IMG/VR virus record: IMGVR_UViG_3300030104_006170
Reading direction: 5' to 3' (one strand)
Source of the DNA: a virus
Taxonomy: Duplodnaviria; Caudoviricetes
Length of the DNA stretch: 64,000 nucleotides
Shown: positions 40,325 to 49,707 of the stretch, in pieces
Layout: the number at the start of each line of letters is the position of its first letter
How positions within the stretch are numbered: position 1 is the stretch's first letter
Notes under the pieces: model-generated
The model's database searches: none
Told to the model about the DNA's origin: nothing
The model's input: the letters and a program-made list of their open reading frames with translations, nothing else
Position numbers and translations under genes: made by a program

Positions 40325-41068
40325 TTAAATACGAGAAACATTTTCATCTAATGTAAGATTTTTATCTATTAGATAATTTCTAACATCATTTAATTTCTTT
40401 AAGTATCCATTTCTACGTAAAAATTTAAATGTTAAATTTTCATATGAGTACTCTCCTTTATCTTCTAATCCAGCTCCCCTATACTTTTTTATTTTATTTT
40501 TAAACTTCTGTATGTCGTCTAATACCTCATCAGGTTCTTGTCTTCTAGAGTTAACTTCAAATTTGTCTATTTGGGACATCCAATTCTTTGACTTATTTAA
40601 TATTTTTTTGGAATCTATAGAAACTTCTTCTTCTTTTGGTTCTACTATCCAGTCATTATATAATACTGAATAAACACCACTAGCAAAATGTGGTTCCTTA
40701 CTATCTTGTACATATATCTCAACATCAAAACCTTTAACTGTCACATCTCGTAGTGAATTCCATATAATTCTTTTACTATCTAAATATTTTTTAAGTAATG
40801 GGTCAGTATTTTCAAAATCCATAAGTATGTGTAAATCAACATCAGAAAATTCAGACCAATTAAAATTAGATAAAGAACCGGTTAAAGTTATATCATCTAT
40901 ATCTAACTCTACATCTACAAAATCTTCATAATCTTTAACTATATCTAATAAAGAAATCCTAATTTCTGGTTTCATTTTATAGCTTTCGCCATCATAATAC
41001 CAAATATTAGGATTAAGTTCATCTTGTACTTTAAAGCTACTTATAATATTTTTGTTTGTAGTTTCCAT
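40325..41068 (-). CDS. Pol-beta superfamily nucleotidyltransferase
   Basis: ITLTGSLSNFNW..FSDVDLHI (GS...DxD) and VEIYVQ; late motif 4 nt upstream. Confidence 0.8.
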   Translation of the reverse strand: METTNKNIISSFKVQDELNPNIWYYDGESYKMKPEIRISLLDIVKDYEDFVDVELDIDDITLTGSLSNFNWSEFSDVDLHILMDFENTDPLLKKYLDSKRIIWNSLRDVTVKGFDVEIYVQDSKEPHFASGVYSVLYNDWIVEPKEEEVSIDSKKILNKSKNWMSQIDKFEVNSRRQEPDEVLDDIQKFKNKIKKYRGAGLEDKGEYSYENLTFKFLRRNGYLKKLNDVRNYLIDKNLTLDENVSRI

Positions 41069-41072
41069 ATAC

Positions 41073-41080
41073 TATAAATA
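41073..41080 (-). promoter_or_regulatory. candidate phage late promoter TATTTATA (nucleotidyltransferase)
   Basis: 4 nt before ATG 41068. Confidence 0.6.
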
Positions 41081-41094
41081 TAGTTAAGAAAAGT

Positions 41095-41340
41095 CTACGA
41101 CAATTTTTTGTATTTATAACTTTTAGAAATATTTTTAGAGAAGTAAGAACCTTGACTTTCCGCTAATCTCATTTGTGTGAATATCTTCATAGGTACTTTT
41201 TCATATGAATACTTACCCCCCTTTTTAAATTCAACAATTAGTTCACTGGTAATAGTATTATACTCGGAACTTTTTAAGTTGGAGGAATCGTATTCATTTA
41301 AAATTAATTTACCCACTATTTTTTCTTTTTTAATACTCAT
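41095..41340 (-). CDS. KTSC-domain protein (start moved to MSIKK at 41340)
   Basis: SSNLKS.EYN.....L.VEF..G..Y.Y..VP......M..A.S.G.YF...I. Confidence 0.85.
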   Translation of the reverse strand: MSIKKEKIVGKLILNEYDSSNLKSSEYNTITSELIVEFKKGGKYSYEKVPMKIFTQMRLAESQGSYFSKNISKSYKYKKLS

Positions 41341-41341
41341 T

Positions 41342-41776
41342 TTATTGTGGATTTTGTGCAGCTTGTACTTGTGGTTGTCCTGGACCATTATTAATTGGTG
41401 GTTGAGTTGGGATTTTACCGTTTATCTGTTGCATAGTTTGGTTCATTTGATTTAACAATAAAGTTAAGTTTTTAACCGTATTATGTAGTTGGTCGATTCT
41501 TTCCTCAAACCTTAGGGTCTTCATAGGTGTATTTTTAAAGTGATTAATTTTACCAATTAACTCTTCGGGTGTTCTAAAGTCTCTATTTGGTAACCAAATC
41601 TCTTCTTGCATTACAATAGTGGGTGTCATCCCAATACCGGTAATCCTAACTAATTCATTCCATTCTTTTTCGTTATCTTTAGCTACTACTTCTTCGTATT
41701 CTAATTCTGCATTATTAAGTTGTTCCTTAATTCTATTACAATAATGACATGTTGGGTTTGTGTATATTTTAAACAT
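41342..41776 (-). CDS. glutaredoxin-like protein with Q/P-rich tail
   Basis: IYTNPTCHYC (CxxC), TPTIV. Confidence 0.8.
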   Translation of the reverse strand: MFKIYTNPTCHYCNRIKEQLNNAELEYEEVVAKDNEKEWNELVRITGIGMTPTIVMQEEIWLPNRDFRTPEELIGKINHFKNTPMKTLRFEERIDQLHNTVKNLTLLLNQMNQTMQQINGKIPTQPPINNGPGQPQVQAAQNPQ

Positions 41777-41810
41777 AATTCTTTTTTTTTAAAATTTATA
41801 AATAAAAATA

Positions 41811-41840
41811 ATGAAAGGAAACTCTTTTGTTTCCTTTCAT
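41811..41840 (-). terminator. intrinsic terminator after dnaK
   Basis: ATGAAAGGAAAC-N6-GTTTCCTTTCAT perfect 12-bp stem, U-rich tail on minus strand. Confidence 0.75.
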
Positions 41841-41849
41841 TTAATTAAT

Positions 41850-43724
41850 TTACTTTACTTCTTCGTATTCTACATCTGTGGCGGATTCTTCAGAATTTCC
41901 TGTTGTGTCATCTGTCATATCTTGTTCGGTAGATTCATACATCTTAGTACTAATTTCTTGCCAAGTACTGTTTAATTTTTCTGTTAAATCTTCTACCCCT
42001 TCCATATCCTCTTCTTTACAAACTTCTCTAAGTTCTTTAATTGTGTTTTCTAGACGAGATTTATCGGTGTCTTCTAATTTATCCCCAAATTCCTTAATTT
42101 GTTTTTCAGTTTGGAACATCAGTGAGTCGGCCTCGTTTAACTTTTGAATCTTTTCTAGTTTTTTTGTATCTGCTTCTGAATTTGCCTCGGCTTCTTTTCT
42201 CATTCTCTCTATTTCATCGTCAGATAGACTACTTCCAGACTCAATCTTAATATTTTGTTGTTTACCAGTACCTTTATCTACAGCCTTAACATCTATAATA
42301 CCATTTGCGTCGATATCAAAAGTAACCTCTACTTGTGGAATACCTCTTGGTGATGGTGGTATGTCGGTTAGTTGGAATTTACCTAAAGTTCTATTGTCAG
42401 TGGCCATTGGTCTTTCACCTTGTAAGACATGAATGTCAACAGCTGGTTGGTTATCTACCGCTGTAGAGAAAACTTGTGATTTGGAGGTTGGGATTGTTGT
42501 GTTTGCATCTATTAATTTAGTCATTACCTGTCCCATAGTTTCAATACCTAAAGATAGTGGTGTTACATCTAATAATAAAACATCATTTACGTCACCCGCT
42601 AAAACACCTCCTTGAATGGCTGCTCCCATCGCTACCACTTCATCCGGATTAACCCCTTTAGATGGTTTTTTATTAAATAATTTTTCTACAGCTTCCTGTA
42701 CTGCTGGAATTCTAGTAGAACCCCCCACTAATAAAATTTCATCGATATCTGAAGCTTTTAATTTTGCGTCTTTTAAAGCTTTTCTACAGGGTGTTAAACT
42801 TTTTTTAACTAAATCACTAACCATAGACTCAAATTTTGCTCTAGATAAATTACGTACCAAATGTTTTGGTCCGGTATTGTCAGCTGTTATATATGGTAAA
42901 TTAATTTCGGTTGTATTTGAGTTTGATAGTTCTACTTTTGCTTTTTCTGCAGCCTCTCTAAGTCTTTGTAGTGCAGATGGGTCTTTAGATAGGTCCATAC
43001 CATTTTCATTATTAAACTCATCTAATAACCACTCGATTATTTTTTCATCAAAATTATCTCCACCTAAGTGAGTATCACCGTTAGTAGATTTTACTTCAAA
43101 CACACCGTCACCGAGTTCTAAGATTGACACGTCAAATGTACCACCACCTAGGTCATAAACAGCAACTGTCATATCTTTATTTTGTTTATCCATACCATAA
43201 GCTAATGCAGCAGCGGTAGGTTCATTTATAATTCTAAGTACTTCAAGACCGGCAATTTCTCCAGCTTCTTTTGTTGCTTTTCTTTGTTCGTCATTAAAAT
43301 AAGCTGGTACTGTTATTACAGCTTGGGTTACTTTTTCACCGAGATAGTCTTCGGCTGTCTTTTTTAGGTTTTGTAGTACTACTGCTGAAATTTCTTGTGG
43401 TACATACTTTTTATCATTCACGTCTATAGTTACAACACCTTTTGTTCCTTTAACTACTGAGTAAGGCATTTTTTTTGCTTCCTTACTAATTTCACTAAAT
43501 TTACTACCAATAAATCTTTTTACAGAATAAATAGTATTTTTAGGATTTGTAACTGCTTGTCTTTTTGCTGGGTCACCCACACTACGGTCACCATCTTTAA
43601 AAGATACAATAGAAGGTGTGGTTCTTTTTCCTTCTGCATTTACAATTATTTCTGGGTTTCCACCCTCTACCACAGAAACACACGAATTCGTTGTTCCTAA
43701 ATCAATTCCAATTACTTTTGTCAT
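41850..43724 (-). CDS. dnaK: Hsp70 chaperone DnaK
   Basis: [62 protein letters not shown]. Confidence 0.98.
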   Translation of the reverse strand: MTKVIGIDLGTTNSCVSVVEGGNPEIIVNAEGKRTTPSIVSFKDGDRSVGDPAKRQAVTNPKNTIYSVKRFIGSKFSEISKEAKKMPYSVVKGTKGVVTIDVNDKKYVPQEISAVVLQNLKKTAEDYLGEKVTQAVITVPAYFNDEQRKATKEAGEIAGLEVLRIINEPTAAALAYGMDKQNKDMTVAVYDLGGGTFDVSILELGDGVFEVKSTNGDTHLGGDNFDEKIIEWLLDEFNNENGMDLSKDPSALQRLREAAEKAKVELSNSNTTEINLPYITADNTGPKHLVRNLSRAKFESMVSDLVKKSLTPCRKALKDAKLKASDIDEILLVGGSTRIPAVQEAVEKLFNKKPSKGVNPDEVVAMGAAIQGGVLAGDVNDVLLLDVTPLSLGIETMGQVMTKLIDANTTIPTSKSQVFSTAVDNQPAVDIHVLQGERPMATDNRTLGKFQLTDIPPSPRGIPQVEVTFDIDANGIIDVKAVDKGTGKQQNIKIESGSSLSDDEIERMRKEAEANSEADTKKLEKIQKLNEADSLMFQTEKQIKEFGDKLEDTDKSRLENTIKELREVCKEEDMEGVEDLTEKLNSTWQEISTKMYESTEQDMTDDTTGNSEESATDVEYEEVK

Positions 43725-43782
43725 TTTTAATTAATTTTCTTTTTTTTATTTGTTTATGAAATTATTTTCATTAGTTTTGTAG

Positions 43783-43799
43783 TACAATTACTGTACCAA
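43783..43799 (-). promoter_or_regulatory. sigma54-like (-24/-12) element upstream of dnaK
   Basis: Minus strand TTGGTACAGTAATTGTA = GG-N10-GT, about 60 nt before the start. Confidence 0.45.
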
Positions 43800-43821
43800 A
43801 AGTAATAAATAATAAGTAAGA

Positions 43822-43855
43822 TGTCAAACCTGACATAACTAATGACATTTTGTCA
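43822..43855. promoter_or_regulatory. TGTCA/TGACA inverted-repeat cluster, candidate regulator binding site between dnaK and clpC
   Basis: TGTCA-N4-TGACA-N7-TGACA-N3-TGTCA. Confidence 0.55.
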
Positions 43856-43902
43856 GTGGTTGATTCTTATAAGAAATATAGTAAATTTAAATAAAAAAGA
43901 AT

Positions 43903-45939
43903 ATGATAGATTTTAGTGCGGACTCCGAAATGGAAGAAATTAGTGGGAAAGAGGAACCTACACAATCAAATAGTGAAAGTGGTACACCAATACTAGACAA
44001 TTTTTCACGTGATTTGACTGCTCTTGCAGCAAAAAATAGATTAGACCCAGTTATAGGTAGGGATGATGAAGTTAAAAGAATAGTGCAAATTCTTGCAAGA
44101 CGTAAAAAAAATAACCCAGTTCTTATAGGTGAACCGGGTGCGGGAAAAACTTCCGTAGTTGAGATGTTAGCGACAATGATTCATAAAGGTCAGTGTCCTA
44201 GAAAATTATTAAATAAAAGAATAGTTCTTTTAGAACTTTCTTCATTGGTTGCGGGTACCAAATATCGTGGTCAGTTTGAGGAGAGGATGAAAGCTATCAT
44301 AGATGAGTTAAGAGAAAATAAGGATGTTATTATTTTTATAGATGAAATTCATACTGTGGTTGGTACTGGAAATTCTTCTGGGAATTTGGATGCTGCTAAC
44401 ATTTTTAAACCGCCTTTAGCTAGAGGTGAAGTACAGTGTATTGGTGCAACAACAATGGATGAGTACCGTGAAAAAATTGAGAAAGATGGGGCCTTAGAAA
44501 GAAGGTTTCAAAAAGTAACTATAGAACCACCCACACTTAACGAAACTATTGAGATTTTAGAGAATATTAAGCATGTTTATGAAGACCATCATAATGTTAT
44601 ATATGATAAAAATTGTGTTGAGTTATGTGTTAAATTAGCGGATAGATATATAAGTGATAGAGCTTTTCCAGATAAAGCTATAGACATTATGGATGAGGTC
44701 GGTTCGATGGTACAAATAGATGTTAAAACCCCAAAATCTTTAGAGAAATTAAAAAATGATATTGGTGTATTAAAAAAGGAAAAGATTGATGTTGTTAAAT
44801 CACAAGACTACGAAAAAGCTGCTGACTTAAGGGATAAGGAACGTAAATTAACCACTAAATTAAAGACATTAACTCAGAATTGGGAGGAAAAACAATCTTT
44901 ACATAAAATTCCTGTCACAGTAGAGAATATAATGTCGGTGGTTTCTAAAATAACAAAAATTCCTTTAAGTAGAATGAATCAAAATGAAAAAAAGAATCTT
45001 CTTAATTTAGATAAGCATTTAAAAAAGAGTGTTGTCGGTCAAGATAAAGCGATTGATACTATTGTAAAATCTGTAAGAAGAAATTCTGTCGGGATTAAGG
45101 AGTTAGATAAACCTATTGGTTCTTTTATTTGTTTGGGACCTACTGGTGTTGGTAAAACTCATTTGGCAAAAAAATTAGCTGAACTAATGTTTGGTTCGGA
45201 AGAATCAATGATTAGAGTCGACATGTCCGAATACCAAGAAAAACATTCTGTATCAAGGTTAATAGGTTCTCCTCCAGGTTATGTTGGTTATAATGAAGGT
45301 GGTCAATTCACAGAAAAAGTTAGACAAAACCCATATTCTTTAATTCTTTTTGATGAGATAGAAAAGGGTCATCGTGAAATATTTAATATTTTATTACAAA
45401 TTTTAGATGATGGTTATGTGACTGATGCTTCTGGAAGAAAAATAAATTTTAAAAATACCTTAATAATGATGACCTCAAACATAGGTGTTAAAAACTCACA
45501 AGATTTTAGTAATAGTTTAGGATTCACAACCAAAGCCTCTCAACAAACTGATAAAGAAAGAGTTAGAACAATAATCTCAAAATCTCTTAAAAATACTTTT
45601 AACCCTGAATTCCTTAATAGGTTAGATGATATTATTATTTTTGAGACTTTAGATAAAGAGAGTATTAAGAAAATTGTTAAAATTGAGTTGTCACATTTAA
45701 CATCTAGATTAGTAGAAAAGGGGTATACAATTAAGTTTGGTCCTTCTATTGTTGACCATATATGTAAAATTGGTTATGATGAAAAATTTGGAGCTAGACC
45801 ATTAAAAAGGTCGATACAATCAGAAGTAGAAGATTTTATTGCAGCTCAAATACTTAAGAGTGATGTTACCGAAGGGAAAGTTTATAGTATGAGTTATAAT
45901 AAAACGACAGAAAAATTTAAATTGATTGAAAAACAATAG
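43903..45939 (+). CDS. clpC: ClpC-type Hsp100 AAA+ ATPase lacking the N-terminal Clp repeat domain
   Basis: GEPGAGKT, LVAGTKYRGQFEER, IFIDEIH, UVR-like QDYEKAADLRDKE, GPTGVGKT, LIGSPPGYVGY, GARPLKR. Confidence 0.9.
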   Translation: MIDFSADSEMEEISGKEEPTQSNSESGTPILDNFSRDLTALAAKNRLDPVIGRDDEVKRIVQILARRKKNNPVLIGEPGAGKTSVVEMLATMIHKGQCPRKLLNKRIVLLELSSLVAGTKYRGQFEERMKAIIDELRENKDVIIFIDEIHTVVGTGNSSGNLDAANIFKPPLARGEVQCIGATTMDEYREKIEKDGALERRFQKVTIEPPTLNETIEILENIKHVYEDHHNVIYDKNCVELCVKLADRYISDRAFPDKAIDIMDEVGSMVQIDVKTPKSLEKLKNDIGVLKKEKIDVVKSQDYEKAADLRDKERKLTTKLKTLTQNWEEKQSLHKIPVTVENIMSVVSKITKIPLSRMNQNEKKNLLNLDKHLKKSVVGQDKAIDTIVKSVRRNSVGIKELDKPIGSFICLGPTGVGKTHLAKKLAELMFGSEESMIRVDMSEYQEKHSVSRLIGSPPGYVGYNEGGQFTEKVRQNPYSLILFDEIEKGHREIFNILLQILDDGYVTDASGRKINFKNTLIMMTSNIGVKNSQDFSNSLGFTTKASQQTDKERVRTIISKSLKNTFNPEFLNRLDDIIIFETLDKESIKKIVKIELSHLTSRLVEKGYTIKFGPSIVDHICKIGYDEKFGARPLKRSIQSEVEDFIAAQILKSDVTEGKVYSMSYNKTTEKFKLIEKQ

Positions 45940-45947
45940 TGTATGGA

Positions 45948-45955
45948 TATTTATA
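45948..45955 (+). promoter_or_regulatory. candidate phage late promoter TATTTATA (zincin)
   Basis: 4 nt before ATG 45960. Confidence 0.6.
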
Positions 45956-45959
45956 GGCC

Positions 45960-47060
45960 ATGAAACTGATAATAACAAAAAAACAATCTAGACGATTAAT
46001 TAAAGAAGCTTTAGGTGTACCAAAATCTATAGAATTTTGGGTAGATACATTTTCTGATGTAGTAAATGATGGTTTGTTAATGTTATTATCTTCTGATGAT
46101 AAAGAAGTTTTTTTTACTGGAGATGATGTACAACAAAAAGCAGTTTCTAGAGGGTGGAATAGTTCCAATGATAAATTTTTAGACTTCCCATTAGCTGAAC
46201 CTCAGTTAAATCTAAAATTAGTAGTAGTACCTGATGAAAATATAAATACTGGTGACGATTACATAGACGCTGCCTCTTTTGATACTAGTGAAATTAATTT
46301 GGTTGACGCTACTTTTGATGATGGTAAGACCTTCCCTTTAGTTGTTGGTGGTATCATCAATATGGAAATTAATATCCCTGAGTCTTCATATGAAAATGGT
46401 TCGTTTATTGAACTTTATAATTCTGAAATCAAACCTTATGCAGAATCTATTTTGTTTCACGAACTAACTCATGTTTATGAATTTTACAAAAGAATATTAA
46501 GTAATTCGGCAAAACCAAATTTCGAACAGGTCGCTAATTTAACTCAGATGTTAAACAAGATGGGTGCTGTGGATGATTGGGACGAATTAATGTTCATGAT
46601 TTATCTACATTTAAGTTTTGAACTTAACGCTAGGATATCTGAAGTTTATGGTTTACTAAGAAATAAAAATATTAATTCCAAGGAAGAGTTTATAGAGTTT
46701 TTAAAGACTTCTAGGGCTTTTTCTTACGCTAAAAGACTTAATAACTTTAGTGCTGAAAAGTTTTTTGAGGACTTTGAACTTTCTCAGGAAACTATAGATA
46801 GAGTTAGAGAATACGATGGTAAAAAAACACCAATAGATGAGATAAAGAATGTGGTATTAGACCAACTAATTCAAAATTGGTCTGTGACATACGAAGATTT
46901 CCTAAAAGATTTTTCTGCTGATGAAACTATAAAGATACCTAACTTACCCACTAAAGTATTATCCTCACCTCAAAACTTCCTAAAATTTTGGGAGAAGCGG
47001 TTCAATAAAGCAGGTCACGATTCTTTAAGAAAAATTTCACGTTTATATTCGGCCATCTAA
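45960..47060 (+). CDS. class-A leader protein with zincin metalloprotease motif
   Basis: MKLIITKKQSRRLIKEA; LFHELTH (HExxH) plus downstream ELNA; late motif 4 nt upstream. Confidence 0.6.
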   Translation: MKLIITKKQSRRLIKEALGVPKSIEFWVDTFSDVVNDGLLMLLSSDDKEVFFTGDDVQQKAVSRGWNSSNDKFLDFPLAEPQLNLKLVVVPDENINTGDDYIDAASFDTSEINLVDATFDDGKTFPLVVGGIINMEINIPESSYENGSFIELYNSEIKPYAESILFHELTHVYEFYKRILSNSAKPNFEQVANLTQMLNKMGAVDDWDELMFMIYLHLSFELNARISEVYGLLRNKNINSKEEFIEFLKTSRAFSYAKRLNNFSAEKFFEDFELSQETIDRVREYDGKKTPIDEIKNVVLDQLIQNWSVTYEDFLKDFSADETIKIPNLPTKVLSSPQNFLKFWEKRFNKAGHDSLRKISRLYSAI

Positions 47061-47071
47061 TATTTTTTTCT

Positions 47072-47079
47072 TATCTTTG
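47072..47079 (+). promoter_or_regulatory. Bacteroidota-type -7 promoter (TAnnTTTG), 4 nt before ATG
   Basis: TATCTTTG-TAGT-ATG; TTCG 20 nt upstream. Confidence 0.7.
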
Positions 47080-47083
47080 TAGT

Positions 47084-47584
47084 ATGAAATTAGAAAAAGC
47101 AAGAAATATAGCCCTTAAATTGATGAGACAACACGGTCTCAATGACTACACTTTTAAGTGGGACAGAGCGGTTCGTAGATTTGGTTGCCACAATGGTAGA
47201 TTAAAAACACTTTCGCTTTCTAGACCTATGACTCAACACGAAACTAACGAAAAAAGAGTAATTAATACCATCCTTCATGAAATTGCACATGGACTAGATT
47301 ATAAAAACAGAGGATATTCAAATCATGATTCCGAGTGGAAAAGAGTGGCTAGGTCTATTGGTTGTAGTGGTGAAAGATGTAGTAGTGGGTCTGGTGTTGA
47401 CAAGTCTCAATTTATGAAATGGGTAGCTACTTGCCCTAATTGTGAAAGAGAAGTTTATTATGCAAGAAAAACAAAAGTAGAGAAAGCGTGTGGTAGTTGT
47501 TGTAAAAAACATAATAACAACAAATACACATCAAAGTATAAGTTTAACTGGGAATTAAATCCCAAAGTTGTAAAATATAGATAA
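47084..47584 (+). CDS. SprT-like zinc metalloprotease
   Basis: TILHEIAH, HDSEWK, CxxC...CxxC zinc ribbon. Confidence 0.9.
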   Translation: MKLEKARNIALKLMRQHGLNDYTFKWDRAVRRFGCHNGRLKTLSLSRPMTQHETNEKRVINTILHEIAHGLDYKNRGYSNHDSEWKRVARSIGCSGERCSSGSGVDKSQFMKWVATCPNCEREVYYARKTKVEKACGSCCKKHNNNKYTSKYKFNWELNPKVVKYR

Positions 47585-48114
47585 TGGAAAGACTACAATA
47601 TAAAATAAAAAATGGACCACGAGTAGAGTCGGTAAATGAATTTACTCTTAATGATAATACAATAGTTGCGATGTTTCAGGGATTTAGAGGTTCTTATCCT
47701 GAATTAGATTTTATTGTGAAGTATAAAGAACCAATAAAAAAATTAAGAACCCCATCTCATACTCACTGGATTGTTGACCTTCTGGTGAAAGCAGAATTTA
47801 ATAAAGAAATGGTTAGGGATTTTGTTCAAAAATATCTAGACCTATACGATGTTATGGTTCCTTTTGAGTCTCAAGAAGAACGTAATACATACGAACTACA
47901 ACATGTAGGAGGGTCTCTAACAGACTTTCAGGACCTAGATGGTCGTGGATACCTTAGTGTAGAATTTTTGTCCACAATCATCGAATTATTTATTCTATGT
48001 GAAAAACGTTCAGATGGTGCATTTATGTTTAAAGGTTTATTACAATTAGTAATTGACTTCTGTGATGGTAAGAGAGATTACTATCAAGTAGTGGGTTACT
48101 CTAAAAGAGTTTAA
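47584..48114 (+). CDS. hypothetical protein
   Basis: Translationally coupled to SprT gene; no family recognised. Confidence 0.6.
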   Translation: MERLQYKIKNGPRVESVNEFTLNDNTIVAMFQGFRGSYPELDFIVKYKEPIKKLRTPSHTHWIVDLLVKAEFNKEMVRDFVQKYLDLYDVMVPFESQEERNTYELQHVGGSLTDFQDLDGRGYLSVEFLSTIIELFILCEKRSDGAFMFKGLLQLVIDFCDGKRDYYQVVGYSKRV

Positions 48115-48115
48115 T

Positions 48116-48922
48116 ATGAAAGAAAAATTAAAAGAATTATTATCAATACCAACTAAGACTTGGGAGGAGGAAAGATTAATCAAATATCTTATAGGTCATT
48201 TCGAAGAAAAGGGTTATAAATATGAAAAAGATGATTTAGGTAATCTGTATGTAACAAAAGGGGTTTCTGATTATTATCCTTTAGTTCTTGCACATACTGA
48301 TAGTGTGCATGACATTGAGGAGATGGTTGTTGAAGAGGAGTATTTACCTAATTCCCAGGGAGAAAGTAAATTGGCTCTTAAGGCCTATAAAAAAGAAGAT
48401 GGTTCACCTACAGGTATAGGTGGTGATGATAAAGCTGGAGTTTTTATATGTTTACAATTACTGGAAAAATTTGACGTGATTAAGGGATTTTTTCCAGTTG
48501 CTGAAGAGACTGGATGTCATGGAAGTAGGGGTGCCAATGAAGAGTTTTTCAAGGATGTTGGTTACGCTATACAATTTGACTCTACTGAAAATGATACCAT
48601 GTCTCTTTCATTAATGGGTGTTCAATTATTTGAACAAAAATCTGAGTTCTTTAACAAAACTCGTAATATAATTTTAGAACATGGTTTTACTGAGTGGAGG
48701 CATCACCCATATACCGATACTATGGTTCTTAAAGATAAATTTAATTTTGCGTGTTTAAACTTCGCTGCGGGATATTACAATTACCATACTTCTAACGAAT
48801 ATGTTATCGTAGAAGATGTGAGAAATTCTATAAAGTTAGGTGAAAATGTTATAGGTAAATTAGGTAATTCTTTTTACGAATTTAAATCTACTAAGAAAGA
48901 GTCCGATTTTTGGTTTGACTAA
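48116..48922 (+). CDS. M20/M28-clan zinc peptidase
   Basis: LAHTDSVH, GGDDKAG, EETGCHGS, YHT..E. Confidence 0.85.
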   Translation: MKEKLKELLSIPTKTWEEERLIKYLIGHFEEKGYKYEKDDLGNLYVTKGVSDYYPLVLAHTDSVHDIEEMVVEEEYLPNSQGESKLALKAYKKEDGSPTGIGGDDKAGVFICLQLLEKFDVIKGFFPVAEETGCHGSRGANEEFFKDVGYAIQFDSTENDTMSLSLMGVQLFEQKSEFFNKTRNIILEHGFTEWRHHPYTDTMVLKDKFNFACLNFAAGYYNYHTSNEYVIVEDVRNSIKLGENVIGKLGNSFYEFKSTKKESDFWFD

Positions 48923-49430
48923 CAACCTCTTCTATCCAGTCTGCAACAGGTTTATAAACATAAGTATTCTCATCACCAAATATATTTGTAAAGTCTTCGT
49001 ACTCAACAAAACCCTTTTCTGCATTAGCTCTAAAGTCTATTTCTGGGTATAAACCTAATTTCTGTACATCAACTATCATCTCTGCAATTACACCAATTAA
49101 CCAAGCATTCATAAACTCATAATCACTCATCTTAATAACTCTTTTTTCTAGTGTTTCCCTCCAATTTTTGTCCAAATAATTTAAAAGGTAAAAATCCATT
49201 TTTTCCTGACTCATACCTTCAGTTAATTTTTCTTCCTTTAAAAGGTCATCTAAAAGTGTAATTGTGTACGGGTTCCAATCACTATCTTTATTGACAAAGT
49301 GTAAAACAGTAGCTACCTTACCATTAACTTCTAATATGTTAGAAATATTTTTAATTTGGTTTAAAGTATCACCTTCTGAGTTTTCAATAATACTATTAAC
49401 TCTATTTAGTAAGTGTTTAGTAGTGGTCAT
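48891..49430 (-). CDS. hypothetical late protein
   Basis: Late motif at 49442-49449; N-terminal IIE site. Confidence 0.55.
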   Translation of the reverse strand: MTTTKHLLNRVNSIIENSEGDTLNQIKNISNILEVNGKVATVLHFVNKDSDWNPYTITLLDDLLKEEKLTEGMSQEKMDFYLLNYLDKNWRETLEKRVIKMSDYEFMNAWLIGVIAEMIVDVQKLGLYPEIDFRANAEKGFVEYEDFTNIFGDENTYVYKPVADWIEEVVSQTKNRTLS

Positions 49431-49450
49431 TTATTTTTTATTATAAATAT

Positions 49451-49481
49451 TTTGATTATTAGAATAAGATACTTATATTTG
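49451..49481 (+). promoter_or_regulatory. Bacteroidota-type -33/-7 promoter for small ORF + tmRNA
   Basis: TTTG-N19-TATATTTG. Confidence 0.75.
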
Positions 49482-49506
49482 TAGAGAATTTAAATAATAA
49501 ATAGAT

Positions 49507-49704
49507 ATGCCAAAATCAAGAAATAGAAAAAACCATAAGAAAAAGGTTGCAGCACGTAATATGAAGTTAAAAGGTGAAGCTAAAAAAATGCAGGAGACTT
49601 TAGAAGCTGTACAAGAAGCTTATATTAAAAAAATGGCTGAAGACGCTAAAAATAAACCACAAGAAGATAGTGGTGAGGTACCTTTTACTTTCGGTAATAA
49701 ATAA
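49507..49704 (+). CDS. small basic hypothetical protein upstream of tmRNA
   Basis: MPKSRNRKNHKKK; stop 3 nt before tmRNA 5' end. Confidence 0.6.
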   Translation: MPKSRNRKNHKKKVAARNMKLKGEAKKMQETLEAVQEAYIKKMAEDAKNKPQEDSGEVPFTFGNK

Positions 49705-49707
49705 TAT

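Noticed and set aside
49507-49704. SmpB
   Set aside because: Only 65 aa and lacks SmpB motifs (NKKA..Y, G.EVKS, KGK..DKR).
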